A DNA stretch of 64,000 nt from Flavobacteriaceae bacterium (lineage in GTDB: Bacteria; Bacteroidota; Bacteroidia; Flavobacteriales; Flavobacteriaceae). The translations under genes were made by a program, and so were the position numbers. Shown in pieces: positions 29,536 through 39,573 of the stretch. The notes beneath the pieces were generated by a model. That model saw only the letters and a list, made by a program, of their open reading frames with translations. It did no database searches and was not told the DNA's origin. How positions within the stretch are numbered: position 1 is the stretch's first letter; every line of letters starts with the position of its first letter. The stretch lies in the NCBI GenBank assembly GCA_022425945.1, contig JAKMEK010000040.1:9950-73949 (forward strand). Direction: 5' to 3'.

Positions 29536-30231
29536 TTATTGTGCTGAAAAATACGCCTCCAGCTCTTTCAAGGTTTCTGGACTCTTGGGCGTGTCTTTTA
29601 TTATTGACCCTTTCTCTAAAAGAACAATTCGATCACAGACGTCTGTCACATGATTTAAATCGTGGGAAGAGATCAGAAGCGTACAATCTGTATTTTGGTC
29701 GTTGGTCAAGAATTTTTTCAATCGAATTTGGGAGGAAGGGTCAAGATTCGCAAAAGGTTCGTCTAAAATCACCACCTCTGGCTTCCCTATGAAGGCAGCG
29801 GCTAAACCAACCTTTTTTTGGTTTCCTTTTGAAAAGTCTCGGATATATTTCTTTTGCGCCAAAACTTCTCCATTAAAAAATTCTTCAAATTGAGCTAAAA
29901 AAACATCAAGCTCCGTTGTTGAAACCTTACGTAACTGAGCGACAAAGGCAAAATACTCTTCTGGTGTAAGGTAGTCGATTAAAAAAGCATCATCAATAAA
30001 GGCTGCAGTGTCTTTTTTCCAGGCTTCGCTTATTGCTACTTCTATTTTGTTAATGCTGACTTTTCCTGAACTTGGGCGAATCAAATCCAACAAAAGGCTG
30101 AAAAGAGTAGTTTTTCCGGCGCCATTGTTCCCTACTAAGCCAAAGTGCTCTCCTTTACTGATGCTGAGTGAAGCCACTTCTAAAACAGTTACTTCTTCAT
30201 ATTTCTTGGATAGGTTTTCTAACTGTATCAT
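29536..30231 (-). CDS. ABC transporter ATP-binding protein
   Basis: GNNGAGKTT, FSKGNQKK signature, ILDEPF, SSH. Confidence 0.93.
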   Translation of the reverse strand: MIQLENLSKKYEEVTVLEVASLSISKGEHFGLVGNNGAGKTTLFSLLLDLIRPSSGKVSINKIEVAISEAWKKDTAAFIDDAFLIDYLTPEEYFAFVAQLRKVSTTELDVFLAQFEEFFNGEVLAQKKYIRDFSKGNQKKVGLAAAFIGKPEVVILDEPFANLDPSSQIRLKKFLTNDQNTDCTLLISSHDLNHVTDVCDRIVLLEKGSIIKDTPKSPETLKELEAYFSAQ

Positions 30232-30234
30232 CTC

Positions 30235-31695
30235 TTATTTATTAAATGCTTCAATGGTTTCGTGCTTCTGTTTCTTGTACAATTCTGTGACCCAATTCGC
30301 AATTTTATCTCTTAAAATAATGGCCACAATTCCAGATCCTGCTAAGGAAATAAACCCTGCTGTAGGAGAGATAAAGAAACTAGGAAGCCAGTATAACAAC
30401 ACCGGGAGTACCATTTTTGGAATGATTAAAACGAACTGTGTCATGGAAAATCCTTGTGTGTTTTCGAAGGCCTTGGCTTTGACGTTTAATTTCATTGGGG
30501 TTTTGTTGAGCAAGCCACCAAAAAGAGTAACCCACGTATTGAGGCCAATATTGAAAAACGCTCCCGCGATAACAATGGCAAGAATATCCCACCCAAAATA
30601 CACATACGGAATTGCCAAAAGTGCAGAAACGGCTGTTACAAAAGCCATTAAGTTCCATTTTGACAACAAATATTTTTTGTAAGAAATGTTTTGTGTCATC
30701 AAGAGTTTATAATAACTACTATCCCATGCAGGGACATAATTCCCAAAGGTCATGGTGAAGCCTCCAGTCACAAAAATACCGGCAAAAACCATGACATATT
30801 CCATGTCACGATAAATGTCCTGGGTAAAAAACACCAGCCCATAAAACAGAAAAAGAAAAGACATTAACGCAATTTGACGTGGTCGGGCATTACGTACAAT
30901 CATGCGTAAATCGTTCCTTAAAATTAGTGCGTCATCACCCAAGAAGTTGAGTATAGTATATTCCCCTCCGCTAACACGGGTACGTTTTTTTCCCAAACCA
31001 GCATCCAAATAGAAGCTCTTTTTTAAGAAAAAGAATAATACTGCATACATCCCGCAAAGCAGTAGTAGAAAACCAACTAAATATTCTGGTTTGTTAACCA
31101 CAGCGTCAAAAGGAATGCCTACCATTTTACCCAAATCAGTTTCTGCATAAACATCCAGGGCTATAGTCCCCAGAAGTAGTAGCACTAAGGCAACAAAATA
31201 GGTGTTGTTCTTATTAATAATGTACAATAAAAAATTCAGGCTTAAGGTGGTCATCAATAATGCAAGCCACCAAGCTAAGGCTTGTGTTTCCAAATAATCA
31301 TCACGATACATGGAAATTGCAAAGGGTAAATAAATGATGAATGGCACAAGGTTGAAGGGAGAAAACACTGACCTCAACATCACATGATTGACAATTTGCC
31401 TTTTTTTAAAAGGTAATAAAATCAGGGATTGAATGTTTGTCACGGGGAGCTGCTGAAAAAAGAATCGAATGATCAGCTCTGCAAAAAAGAAAAGCAGTAG
31501 CACGCTGTTAAATACTTCAAGTGGTTCCCGCTCCAAAACGGTTTTATTTAGTGCCGGGTAAACAACGCTTCCGAGAAAAAGAAAAGATCCAATGAAATAC
31601 AGTGAAACGACCCCTATTAAAATCTTGATCGTCGCTTTCGCCTCCCATTGTGGGGCACGAAAGGATTCTTTCCACTGTAACGAAAACAAATTCAT
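30235..31695 (-). CDS. ABC-associated multi-TM permease (DUF5687-like)
   Basis: About 12 TM segments; LQWK..FR N-terminus, PAWDSSYY, YKKQKH C-terminus; directly upstream of the ABC ATPase. Confidence 0.72.
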   Translation of the reverse strand: MNLFSLQWKESFRAPQWEAKATIKILIGVVSLYFIGSFLFLGSVVYPALNKTVLEREPLEVFNSVLLLFFFAELIIRFFFQQLPVTNIQSLILLPFKKRQIVNHVMLRSVFSPFNLVPFIIYLPFAISMYRDDYLETQALAWWLALLMTTLSLNFLLYIINKNNTYFVALVLLLLGTIALDVYAETDLGKMVGIPFDAVVNKPEYLVGFLLLLCGMYAVLFFFLKKSFYLDAGLGKKRTRVSGGEYTILNFLGDDALILRNDLRMIVRNARPRQIALMSFLFLFYGLVFFTQDIYRDMEYVMVFAGIFVTGGFTMTFGNYVPAWDSSYYKLLMTQNISYKKYLLSKWNLMAFVTAVSALLAIPYVYFGWDILAIVIAGAFFNIGLNTWVTLFGGLLNKTPMKLNVKAKAFENTQGFSMTQFVLIIPKMVLPVLLYWLPSFFISPTAGFISLAGSGIVAIILRDKIANWVTELYKKQKHETIEAFNK

Positions 31696-31790
31696 AAAAT
31701 CTAAGTTGGCTAAGTATTTGACGCCAAAACATAAAAATAGTTACAATTGACGAGAATATAAGGTGATTCCTTATTTTTACAGAAAAAAGA

Positions 31791-32837
31791 ATGAGTGCAT
31801 ACCATAGCCTAATTGTAGCGGATATTGAACGTCTAACCCCTTCTTCTGTCGCCATTTCATTGACGATTCCTGAAGATTTAAAGAAAGAATTTGCCTATTC
31901 GGCTGGACAATATTTGAGTCTTGAAGCTTCGATAAATGGTGAAGCTATTCGCCGATCCTATTCCCTCTCATCTGCTCCGCATCAAAACAAAGCGATTGTT
32001 GGGATCAAAAAAATTGAAGGGGGAAAATTCTCTACTTATGCAAACGATGTGCTCAAGGCCGGTGATAAATTGCAAGTTGCCCCTCCTGAGGGTCGCTTTG
32101 TGTTTTTGCCCAGCGATAAACAGCAACACCTTCTCCTTTTTGCTGCCGGAAGTGGAATAACCCCGCTTTTTTCCATTCTAAAATCTGCCCTTGAGGAAAC
32201 GAAAAACACCAGTGTTCAATTAGTTTATGGGAACAAGTCTCCAGAAGAGAGTATGTTCAAGTCGGACTTAGAAGCCTTAGCAACCGCCTACCCTGATCGC
32301 CTCTCTATCCATTGGATTTATTCCCAGAGCAATGAAGCAAACGCACTCTTTGGACGCATTGATGCCTCCACCGTTCTTTATGCCTTAAACCAAGGGGAAA
32401 CAGCCCCAACAGCTGCTTATCTCTGTGGTCCAGAAGCCATGATTCATTTGGTAAAAGAAACCTTGGTGGAAAAAGAAATCGCCGTGGACAAAATTCATTT
32501 TGAGTTATTTACTTCTAGTGCTTCAGCAGTAAACGTTCCTTCTGCCGCCGCTTCTGGCGCTGTACAGCTAACCATTACAGCAGATGATGCAACTCATACG
32601 GTTGAAACAACATCCGATAAGACCATACTCGATGCCGCCCTTCAGCAAAAAATAGATGTTCCTTATTCTTGTCAAGGAGGAGTGTGTTGTAGTTGTATCG
32701 CCAAAGTAACTGAAGGAAGTGCTTCCATGGAAAACAATCAAATCTTAACCGACGATGAGGTTGCCGAAGGCTTGGTTTTAACCTGTCAGGCTATTCCAAC
32801 ATCTGCTACACTGTGTGTAGATTATGACGATGTGTAA
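31791..32837 (+). CDS. Ferredoxin--NAD(P) reductase with C-terminal 2Fe-2S (PaaE-like)
   Basis: RRSYSL, AAGSGITP, YLCGP, PYSCQGGVCCSC...LTCQ. Confidence 0.9.
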   Translation: MSAYHSLIVADIERLTPSSVAISLTIPEDLKKEFAYSAGQYLSLEASINGEAIRRSYSLSSAPHQNKAIVGIKKIEGGKFSTYANDVLKAGDKLQVAPPEGRFVFLPSDKQQHLLLFAAGSGITPLFSILKSALEETKNTSVQLVYGNKSPEESMFKSDLEALATAYPDRLSIHWIYSQSNEANALFGRIDASTVLYALNQGETAPTAAYLCGPEAMIHLVKETLVEKEIAVDKIHFELFTSSASAVNVPSAAASGAVQLTITADDATHTVETTSDKTILDAALQQKIDVPYSCQGGVCCSCIAKVTEGSASMENNQILTDDEVAEGLVLTCQAIPTSATLCVDYDDV

Positions 32838-32916
32838 CTGATCGTTTAAATCCTTGGCGTTTTAATGGGTTCTTATTGGGTGTATTGTCCCTAGAGGAGA
32901 GGTGTCTTTCTTCTTC

Positions 32917-33843
32917 TCAAAAGAGAATTCCTGTTTTTCCTACAAAAAGTAAGACTGTAATAAAGAAGAAAAGCCCTTCCCGTAACCACGTGTGCTTGAT
33001 TTCCTCAAAAAATCGCCCACTGACGCTTGAGAGTGTCATTATAAACAACACCCATAGGACAACCGAAACTGACTGGAACAACAAGGCAAGAACAATGCTT
33101 AAAAAGCCCAATAAGGATAGGCTGAAAATTCCTGCACCAAAATTTGCACTTTTAGCGCCTAGAGTAACATAGTGCTTCATTAGTGAAACAATAAAAACTC
33201 CTAGAAGTAATAGCCACCAAATGTTTTGACGAAAAGAGCCAAAACTACTCCAATCAATGGCAATACGATTAAAAGAAATTTCTTGAAAAAAAGAGATGGA
33301 AGGAAAAAGAATATCAAAAATAACACCCAATAAATAAAGGCTAACAAAAGGCAATAGAGAAATTAAAAACAAGCGCGCATTTAAAAGCCCGTGAATAAGC
33401 AAAACGAGCCAAATAAAAGGAAATAAAAGAATGCCTTCTGGAAAGAAAAGACTGCCAAAACACAGAAAAAAACTAGCGTTAAAGGTGCTTTTCGTTTCTT
33501 GTCCCTGTGAAGATCTCGCCAACAGGTGAATAAATGCTGTCCAAAAAAAGAAGGCGTAAAAAAGCATCCAGTTATCGATTCCTTGAACGGGTAAGGCAAA
33601 AATTCCTAAAGAAAAAACAAGTAGGTGATAGCTCGATTTATCGGCCCAGTAATATTTCTTTACCGACCAATCTACCGTGAGTAAACATATAATCAGCAAC
33701 AACGCTGTTGCGTTTTTTTCGTTAAAAAACAATCCTTGAATGATCGTTTCGTTTCGAAAATGAAAATAAACCGAAGCAATGACCATCAAAACACTTAGCA
33801 AATAGCTAGAAAACATTGACTTATTAAAAAAAAAGTGAATCAT
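32917..33843 (-). CDS. Multi-TM hypothetical membrane protein (DUF6427-like)
   Basis: 308 aa, highly hydrophobic, FNASF...GSLF and WLRE motifs; family call tentative. Confidence 0.55.
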   Translation of the reverse strand: MIHFFFNKSMFSSYLLSVLMVIASVYFHFRNETIIQGLFFNEKNATALLLIICLLTVDWSVKKYYWADKSSYHLLVFSLGIFALPVQGIDNWMLFYAFFFWTAFIHLLARSSQGQETKSTFNASFFLCFGSLFFPEGILLFPFIWLVLLIHGLLNARLFLISLLPFVSLYLLGVIFDILFPSISFFQEISFNRIAIDWSSFGSFRQNIWWLLLLGVFIVSLMKHYVTLGAKSANFGAGIFSLSLLGFLSIVLALLFQSVSVVLWVLFIMTLSSVSGRFFEEIKHTWLREGLFFFITVLLFVGKTGILF

Positions 33844-33952
33844 GGTTGACTGTTTTGGTGTTGTCCTTCTTCTTTAAAATTTAGGGTTTCGCGGCTTCAC
33901 TGCTGCTAAGTTTTTTCCTACTTTTGCAAGGTAAATAAAAACTACGTTCACA

Positions 33953-34180
33953 ATGAAAGATTTTTTAGAAGCAATTGCATGGTTATTTGAAGAGGTTCTT
34001 TTTCTCCCACACCAATTTTTGACTTCCCTTGAGTTAGATAACTGGTGGCTGGCCAATGGTGTTAACTTCCTGTTTATTGCCGTTGGATTTACCGCTTTGG
34101 TTTACTGGATAAATCAATTGAAAATCTTCAATGACAAAGGAGAAGAGAACAAAGACACTTCTGCTCACTCTTTCTTATAA
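33953..34180 (+). CDS. Small membrane protein (DUF6341-like)
   Basis: LELDNWWLAN..N.LF....YW..QL...HSFL pattern; TACTTTTG -7 box at 33919-33926. Confidence 0.7.
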   Translation: MKDFLEAIAWLFEEVLFLPHQFLTSLELDNWWLANGVNFLFIAVGFTALVYWINQLKIFNDKGEENKDTSAHSFL

Positions 34181-35446
34181 ATCGAAGCCTAAGTCTTTAC
34201 GGTAGTCCATTCCTTCAAAAGAGATTTTTTCTATAGTTGCATAGGACTGCCTTAAGCCCTCTTTAAAATCGCTCCCAAGAGAGGTTACCGCCATCACTCT
34301 TCCTCCGGAAGTAATCACTTTATCTTCTTTAAGTTGCGTTCCTGCGTGAAATAAAATACTGTTTGTTTCTATTGTAAGGCCTTGCATTTCTTTTCCTTTC
34401 GCATAGGCTTCGGGGTAGCCCCCAGAAACCAACATGACCGTTGTTGCGGTGCGCTGATCTATATCGATTGTTTGTGTGCTTAACTCTCCTTTTGCTGTTG
34501 CCGTTAACAGCTCTACAAAATCGTTTTTTATCAAGGGTAAAACAACTTCTGTTTCAGGGTCACCCATGCGCACATTATACTCGATTACAAATGGATCATC
34601 ACCAACTTTAATGAGGCCAATAAACACAAAGCCTTGAAATGGCAAGTTCCCTTTTTCAAATCCTTCAATCGTCGGCAAAACAATACGTTCGTGTATTTTT
34701 TGTTCAAATGCTGGTGTTACAAAAGGGACGGGAGAAATGGCGCCCATTCCACCAGTATTGAGCCCTGTGTCTCCCTCTCCAATACGCTTGTAGTCTTTTG
34801 CCATTGGGAAGGTGACAAAATCTTTTCCGTCAGTTAACACAAAACATGAAAGTTCTATACCGTCTAAAAATTCTTCTATGACAACTGTCTTGGAGGCAGC
34901 ACCAAATTTTTCGTCAACCAACATTTCTTTTAATTGTGCTTGGGCTTCTGTCAAATCATCTATGATTAGAACCCCTTTCCCTGCAGCAAGTCCATCTGCT
35001 TTTAAAACATAGGGTGCCTTCATCTGGCTTAAAAAGGAAATCCCTTCTTCCAACGTATCAGCTGTAAAGCTTGCGTATTGAGCCGTAGGGATGTTGTTTG
35101 CTTTCATGAATTCTTTGGCAAACTCTTTACTTCCTTCCAATTGAGCGGCTTGCTCGCGTGGTCCAATTACCATGACAGATTTTAACGCTTCATCGTTTAA
35201 AAAGAAATCGTGAATTCCGTTGACCAATGGGTCTTCGGGGCCTACAACAACCAATTCAATGTCGTTCTCAACAACGGCAGTTTTAATGCCTTGAAAGTCA
35301 TTGACCCCAATTGCAAGATTGGTGGCTATTTGTGCTGTTCCCGCATTTCCTGGGGCAACAAATAGTCGGTTGCATTTTGGGCTTTGCGCCAATTTCCATG
35401 CGAAGGTGTGTTCTCGTCCACCTGCGCCAATAATGAGTATATTCAT
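34175..35446 (-). CDS. purD: Phosphoribosylamine--glycine ligase
   Basis: GAGGREH, APGNAG, KADGLAAGKGV, DYKR, NTGGMGA, EYNVRMGDPE; -7 box TATCTTTG at 35464-35471. Confidence 0.97.
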   Translation of the reverse strand: MNILIIGAGGREHTFAWKLAQSPKCNRLFVAPGNAGTAQIATNLAIGVNDFQGIKTAVVENDIELVVVGPEDPLVNGIHDFFLNDEALKSVMVIGPREQAAQLEGSKEFAKEFMKANNIPTAQYASFTADTLEEGISFLSQMKAPYVLKADGLAAGKGVLIIDDLTEAQAQLKEMLVDEKFGAASKTVVIEEFLDGIELSCFVLTDGKDFVTFPMAKDYKRIGEGDTGLNTGGMGAISPVPFVTPAFEQKIHERIVLPTIEGFEKGNLPFQGFVFIGLIKVGDDPFVIEYNVRMGDPETEVVLPLIKNDFVELLTATAKGELSTQTIDIDQRTATTVMLVSGGYPEAYAKGKEMQGLTIETNSILFHAGTQLKEDKVITSGGRVMAVTSLGSDFKEGLRQSYATIEKISFEGMDYRKDLGFDL

Positions 35447-35500
35447 GGGTGTAATTTTCAGGGCAAAGATAAGCATCCTTGCCAATAGCAACTTGCTTTT

Positions 35501-36355
35501 TTAACTGCTTTTGCTGACTAAACCAATTTGCGCCCATCGGTATCGACGAATAAAACGTCCTTCTTCCTTAGTAACCATAAATTCTGCTTGTGAAAAATAG
35601 GCGGCAACTATTCCCCTATTAACACCCACAAACCAAGCCAATGAACGTTTCTTTAATGCACTTTTAAGAGCAGCGAGAAAACTTAAAGCAAGTCCATAGC
35701 GCATTTGATAAAATGCTTTTCCTTGAACAATAGCACTACTCTTCGAATAGCCTTTCCCCAACGGCCGAAGATGTTTTACAAACAGCTCTTCTTGGGTGCG
35801 AACGGTGAAGCCGTGAAAGCGCGCCAAAAGCTCGTCGACAGTGTCCCAGCCCATGTAGGGACGCAATCCTCCAATGGCCACAAAGCAATCGCTGTGGTAG
35901 GCCTTAAATGCTCCCCGGACATGGTCTTTGCCCATAGGGTGATTAAGCTCCCATTGGCCTTGCTTGTTTTGCTCTACACAAAACCCACCCGCTATTCCAA
36001 CCCTTTCCTCTTTGAATAGCTCAAGCAGGATTGAGAAATAGTTAGGAGGTAGAAGCAAATCTGCATCCAATTTTACCAGTACATTGTAAGGAACTGTCAA
36101 CGCATCTAACCCTTGTTCAAAAGCACGAATAACTTTCGATCCCGGTTGATGATTTGCAGAAGAAACCCGGTTAACATAGCGAATAAAGGAATGCCTCTTG
36201 CTAAACTTACGCATGATTTCCTCTGTCCCATCAATAGAATTGTCATTTACCAATATCACCTCAACTGGCAAATGGTCTTGCGCACACAAACTCTCCAAGA
36301 GGCCCGGTAAAAAAACCGCTTCGTTGTGTGCAGGGATAATTACACTATAGGTCAT
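35501..36355 (-). CDS. Glycosyltransferase family 2
   Basis: IIPAHNE, VNDNSIDGT, KLDAD, IGGL...GWDTVD. Confidence 0.9.
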   Translation of the reverse strand: MTYSVIIPAHNEAVFLPGLLESLCAQDHLPVEVILVNDNSIDGTEEIMRKFSKRHSFIRYVNRVSSANHQPGSKVIRAFEQGLDALTVPYNVLVKLDADLLLPPNYFSILLELFKEERVGIAGGFCVEQNKQGQWELNHPMGKDHVRGAFKAYHSDCFVAIGGLRPYMGWDTVDELLARFHGFTVRTQEELFVKHLRPLGKGYSKSSAIVQGKAFYQMRYGLALSFLAALKSALKKRSLAWFVGVNRGIVAAYFSQAEFMVTKEEGRFIRRYRWAQIGLVSKSS

Positions 36356-37142
36356 TCTCTAGAGGTTTAATAGAAACAAGTGGGCTGTACGAAGGCCGAA
36401 TAAGTTTCTCTTTCGGTGAGCTTATAGGTCTTAGTTCTGTCATTAGTTTATGCGCAGCAAGAATGTCTTTAGCAAAGGAATACCATGTTTGAATCTTACT
36501 TTCAGCAAAGTGATAAATCCCGTAAGGAGGTCCCTGCTGAATTAGTCGGTATAAATAGTTTGCTAATGCTGTTGTCGAGGTTGGTGTTCCTGTTTGATCA
36601 TTGACAACCTCAAGGACCTCTCCTGCCCTGGCTTTATCAAGGATTGAACGATAAAAGTTTTGTCCGTGTTCTTTGGCATAGAGCCATGACGTTCTCACAA
36701 CATAGGCCTTTCTCCCTTGTGTCAAAACCAAGTTCTCGCCTGCCGCCTTTGTTTTTCCATATGCATTTAGTGGGTTTACTAAATCTTCTTCTGTATAAGG
36801 AGTCGTTTTTTGACCATCAAACACATAGTCCGTAGAGAGGTGAACTAAAGTCGCCTTGAACTGATTACACACACTGATGAGTTTTCCTACCCCATGAGTA
36901 TTGATGGCCTCCGCTAATTTGGGTTCCGCTTCTGCTAAGCGTACATTCGTAAAAGCAGCACAGTTAATACAATGGGTTGGATGGTACTTTTTAAATGCGT
37001 TTTCAATGCTTTCCGCTTTGGTAATGTCAAGCTCCTCACGCGAACAAAAGACCCAACGGATTTGTTCCTTTTTGGTCGCCAGAATGCGAAGGCTTTTTCC
37101 AAGCTGACCCTCTGAACCGGTAACAAGGATGGTTTTAACCAT
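36345..37142 (-). CDS. rfbD: dTDP-4-dehydrorhamnose reductase
   Basis: GSEGQLG, NCAAFT, STDYVFDG, YGKTK, RTSWLY, DQTGTPT. Confidence 0.95.
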   Translation of the reverse strand: MVKTILVTGSEGQLGKSLRILATKKEQIRWVFCSREELDITKAESIENAFKKYHPTHCINCAAFTNVRLAEAEPKLAEAINTHGVGKLISVCNQFKATLVHLSTDYVFDGQKTTPYTEEDLVNPLNAYGKTKAAGENLVLTQGRKAYVVRTSWLYAKEHGQNFYRSILDKARAGEVLEVVNDQTGTPTSTTALANYLYRLIQQGPPYGIYHFAESKIQTWYSFAKDILAAHKLMTELRPISSPKEKLIRPSYSPLVSIKPLENDL

Positions 37143-37144
37143 AT

Positions 37145-37675
37145 TTACTGAATTAATGGCCACGCGCTGTCGCGTGCGTTGATGAGTTGCTTTCCTTGTT
37201 CAATTTTCCAGTCAATGGCAAAAAAGGGATCAACAGGGGATATCCCTTTCTCGCACTCAGGTCGATAGGGGGCATCAATTTTATACACAACCGTTGCTGT
37301 TTCAGATAAGACGGCGTAGCCATGCGCAAAACCCTTTGGAACAAAGAGTTGTTTTTTGTTTTGATCGGATAATTCCACTTCATGCTTTTGTCGGTAGGTG
37401 GGTGATTGGGGGCGTAAATCGATAACAACGTCCAAAATTCTTCCATGACAAACCCTCAGCAGTTTTGCCTGTGCGTATTCCCCCTCCTGAAAATGCATTC
37501 CACGAATAGCTCCGTAGGGAGAGCTTGCTTCGTTTTCTTGGATAAAATCAACCCTTCCAACCGTTTCTTCAAAAAGATTTTTCTTGAATGCCTCATGAAA
37601 AGAACCACGCTCGTCAACATGAATTTTTGGTTCAATAATCCAGCATCCCGCTAAATGAGTTTCATGAAAAATCAT
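37145..37675 (-). CDS. rfbC: dTDP-4-dehydrorhamnose 3,5-epimerase
   Basis: DERGSF, RGMHFQ, QAKL, DLRPQSPT, PKGFAHG. Confidence 0.95.
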   Translation of the reverse strand: MIFHETHLAGCWIIEPKIHVDERGSFHEAFKKNLFEETVGRVDFIQENEASSPYGAIRGMHFQEGEYAQAKLLRVCHGRILDVVIDLRPQSPTYRQKHEVELSDQNKKQLFVPKGFAHGYAVLSETATVVYKIDAPYRPECEKGISPVDPFFAIDWKIEQGKQLINARDSAWPLIQ

Positions 37676-38535
37676 TACTTCGTTAAAGATTTAATGGCTT
37701 CACCGTAGGGCGTATGAGACAGCTTATCCGCCAATGCCAACAATTGTTCCAATGAAATTGCATTACTCGTATAGGCTGCCACCTCAGGTGAACCAACCAA
37801 AACACCCTGCCTAGACTGAAGCGTTTGAACGTATTGACTGGCCTCCATTAACGATTCGATGGTTCCGGTGTCGAGCCATGCAGAGCCCGTTTCTAAAGGA
37901 CTTAGGTGAAGTTTTTGCTCAGCTAAATAACGTTTATTGATGTCCGTAATCTCCAATTCACCTCTGTCGGAAGGTTGAAGGGCTCTCGCTTTTTGGACAA
38001 CAGTGTTGTCGTAGAAATAAATCCCCGGAACAGCATAAGAAGACTTTGGATTATTGGGTTTTTCTTCTAAACTAATGATGCGGTTGTTTGCGTCAAACTC
38101 AACTACGCCATAACGAGTAGGGTCTTTGACTTGATAGGCAAAAATATGCCCTCCATCCATTTTGTTTAGGCCAGCCAGTTGTTGAGCCAATTTTCCGCCA
38201 TGGAAAAGGTTGTCCCCCAAAACCAGGGCTACCGAAGAACTTCCTATGAAGCTTTCTCCAATAATAAACGCCTCTGCTAAGCCTTTTGGCTCGTTTTGTT
38301 CGGCATATGAAAACACACATCCCCAATGTGATCCATCGCCTAAAAGGCGCTCAAAAAGCGGAAGGTCTTTTGGGGTAGAAATGATCAAGATCTCATGAAT
38401 TCCAGCTGCAATGAGCGTACTCAAAGGATAGTAAATCATGGGTTTGTCGTAAATTGGCATGAGCTGCTTGCTCACCGAGAGCGTGAGCGGATGCAAGCGT
38501 GTACCATTACCACCGGCTAAAACAATTCCTTTCAT
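37675..38535 (-). CDS. rfbA: Glucose-1-phosphate thymidylyltransferase
   Basis: LAGGNGTRLHP, SKQLMPIYDKPMIYYP, EEKP, RGELEITD, WLDTGT. Confidence 0.97.
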   Translation of the reverse strand: MKGIVLAGGNGTRLHPLTLSVSKQLMPIYDKPMIYYPLSTLIAAGIHEILIISTPKDLPLFERLLGDGSHWGCVFSYAEQNEPKGLAEAFIIGESFIGSSSVALVLGDNLFHGGKLAQQLAGLNKMDGGHIFAYQVKDPTRYGVVEFDANNRIISLEEKPNNPKSSYAVPGIYFYDNTVVQKARALQPSDRGELEITDINKRYLAEQKLHLSPLETGSAWLDTGTIESLMEASQYVQTLQSRQGVLVGSPEVAAYTSNAISLEQLLALADKLSHTPYGEAIKSLTK

Positions 38536-38544
38536 GCCCTTAAG

Positions 38545-39573
38545 TTAAGATAGATTCTTGTATTTAAGGAGATAATGTTGGATGGTTTTTTTCAGCCCAG
38601 CATCAAAAGAGTGCTGAGGTTCCCAACCCAATTCTTTTTTAATCTTCGTGGCGTCAATTGCATAACGAAAATCATGTCCTAATCGATCCTCCACAAACCT
38701 AATCTGCTCGGCATATGAAGCTCCGTCTACTTTGGGGTGAAGCTTGTCTAATTGCTCTAGGATGTACGTACAAATCTCTAGATTGGTGCGTTCCGCATTT
38801 CCCCCAATACAAAAAACATCTCCAGGTATTCCATGGGTTAATACCTTGGCAATCGCAGTACAGTGATCTTCCACATAAAGCCAATCACGAACGTTTAAGC
38901 CGTTGCCATAAATCGGTATTGGCTGTCCAGTAAGCGCCGTTCGAATAATTGTTGGGATGAGCTTTTCATCGTTTTGATGGGGTCCGTAATTGTTGGAACA
39001 ATGGGAGGATAGGATCGGTAATCCATAGGTGTGAAAATAACTTCTTACCCAATGATCGGCTGCAGCTTTTGAGGCGCTGTAGGGGCTGTTTGGAGCATAG
39101 TTCGTATTCTCATTGAAAGACCCTTCTTTTCCTAAGGAGCCAAAAACCTCATCTGTTGAAATATGATAAAAACGGGCTTTTTTAAAGCCTTCGTTCAACT
39201 TATGAGCCTCTTTCAACCATGTGTTTCGAGCTGCTTCCAATAAATTAAACGTCCCTTCTACATTGGTGGTTAAAAAAAGTTTGGGCCCAGCGATTGAATT
39301 ATCTACATGGGATTCTGCAGCAAAATGAATAACTTGCTGAGGTTGATGTTTTTCAAAGACGCTGTTGACCACGGCTTGATTAGCGATGTCTCCCTCAACA
39401 TAGGTGAAGTTTTGTGTGTTTATCAGCGATTGAATTCGGCTGATATCTGCAGCATAGGTGTTTTTGTCTAGTACGACTAAATGACTTTCTGGTTGCAGCT
39501 TTCGCATATGATGGACAAAATGCGCACCAATAAAGCCAAGACCTCCCGTAATTAGGACCCTATTACTTTCCAT
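38545..39573 (-). CDS. rfbB: dTDP-glucose 4,6-dehydratase
   Basis: TGGLGFIG, HFAAESHVD, STDEV, YSASK, CSNNYGP, RDWLYVEDH. Confidence 0.97.
   Translation of the reverse strand: MESNRVLITGGLGFIGAHFVHHMRKLQPESHLVVLDKNTYAADISRIQSLINTQNFTYVEGDIANQAVVNSVFEKHQPQQVIHFAAESHVDNSIAGPKLFLTTNVEGTFNLLEAARNTWLKEAHKLNEGFKKARFYHISTDEVFGSLGKEGSFNENTNYAPNSPYSASKAAADHWVRSYFHTYGLPILSSHCSNNYGPHQNDEKLIPTIIRTALTGQPIPIYGNGLNVRDWLYVEDHCTAIAKVLTHGIPGDVFCIGGNAERTNLEICTYILEQLDKLHPKVDGASYAEQIRFVEDRLGHDFRYAIDATKIKKELGWEPQHSFDAGLKKTIQHYLLKYKNLS

Noticed and set aside
30008-30682. 224-aa plus-strand ORF and other long antisense ORFs (e.g. 23190-23666, 5441-5818, 59127-59522)
   Set aside because: They lie opposite well-supported genes, carry no recognisable motifs, and fit shadow ORFs caused by codon bias.
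32901-33874. Similar GGTGT..TTCTTCTT segments on both sides of the DUF6427-like gene as mobile-element ends
   Set aside because: Short, gapped and low complexity; no recombinase or transposase nearby.
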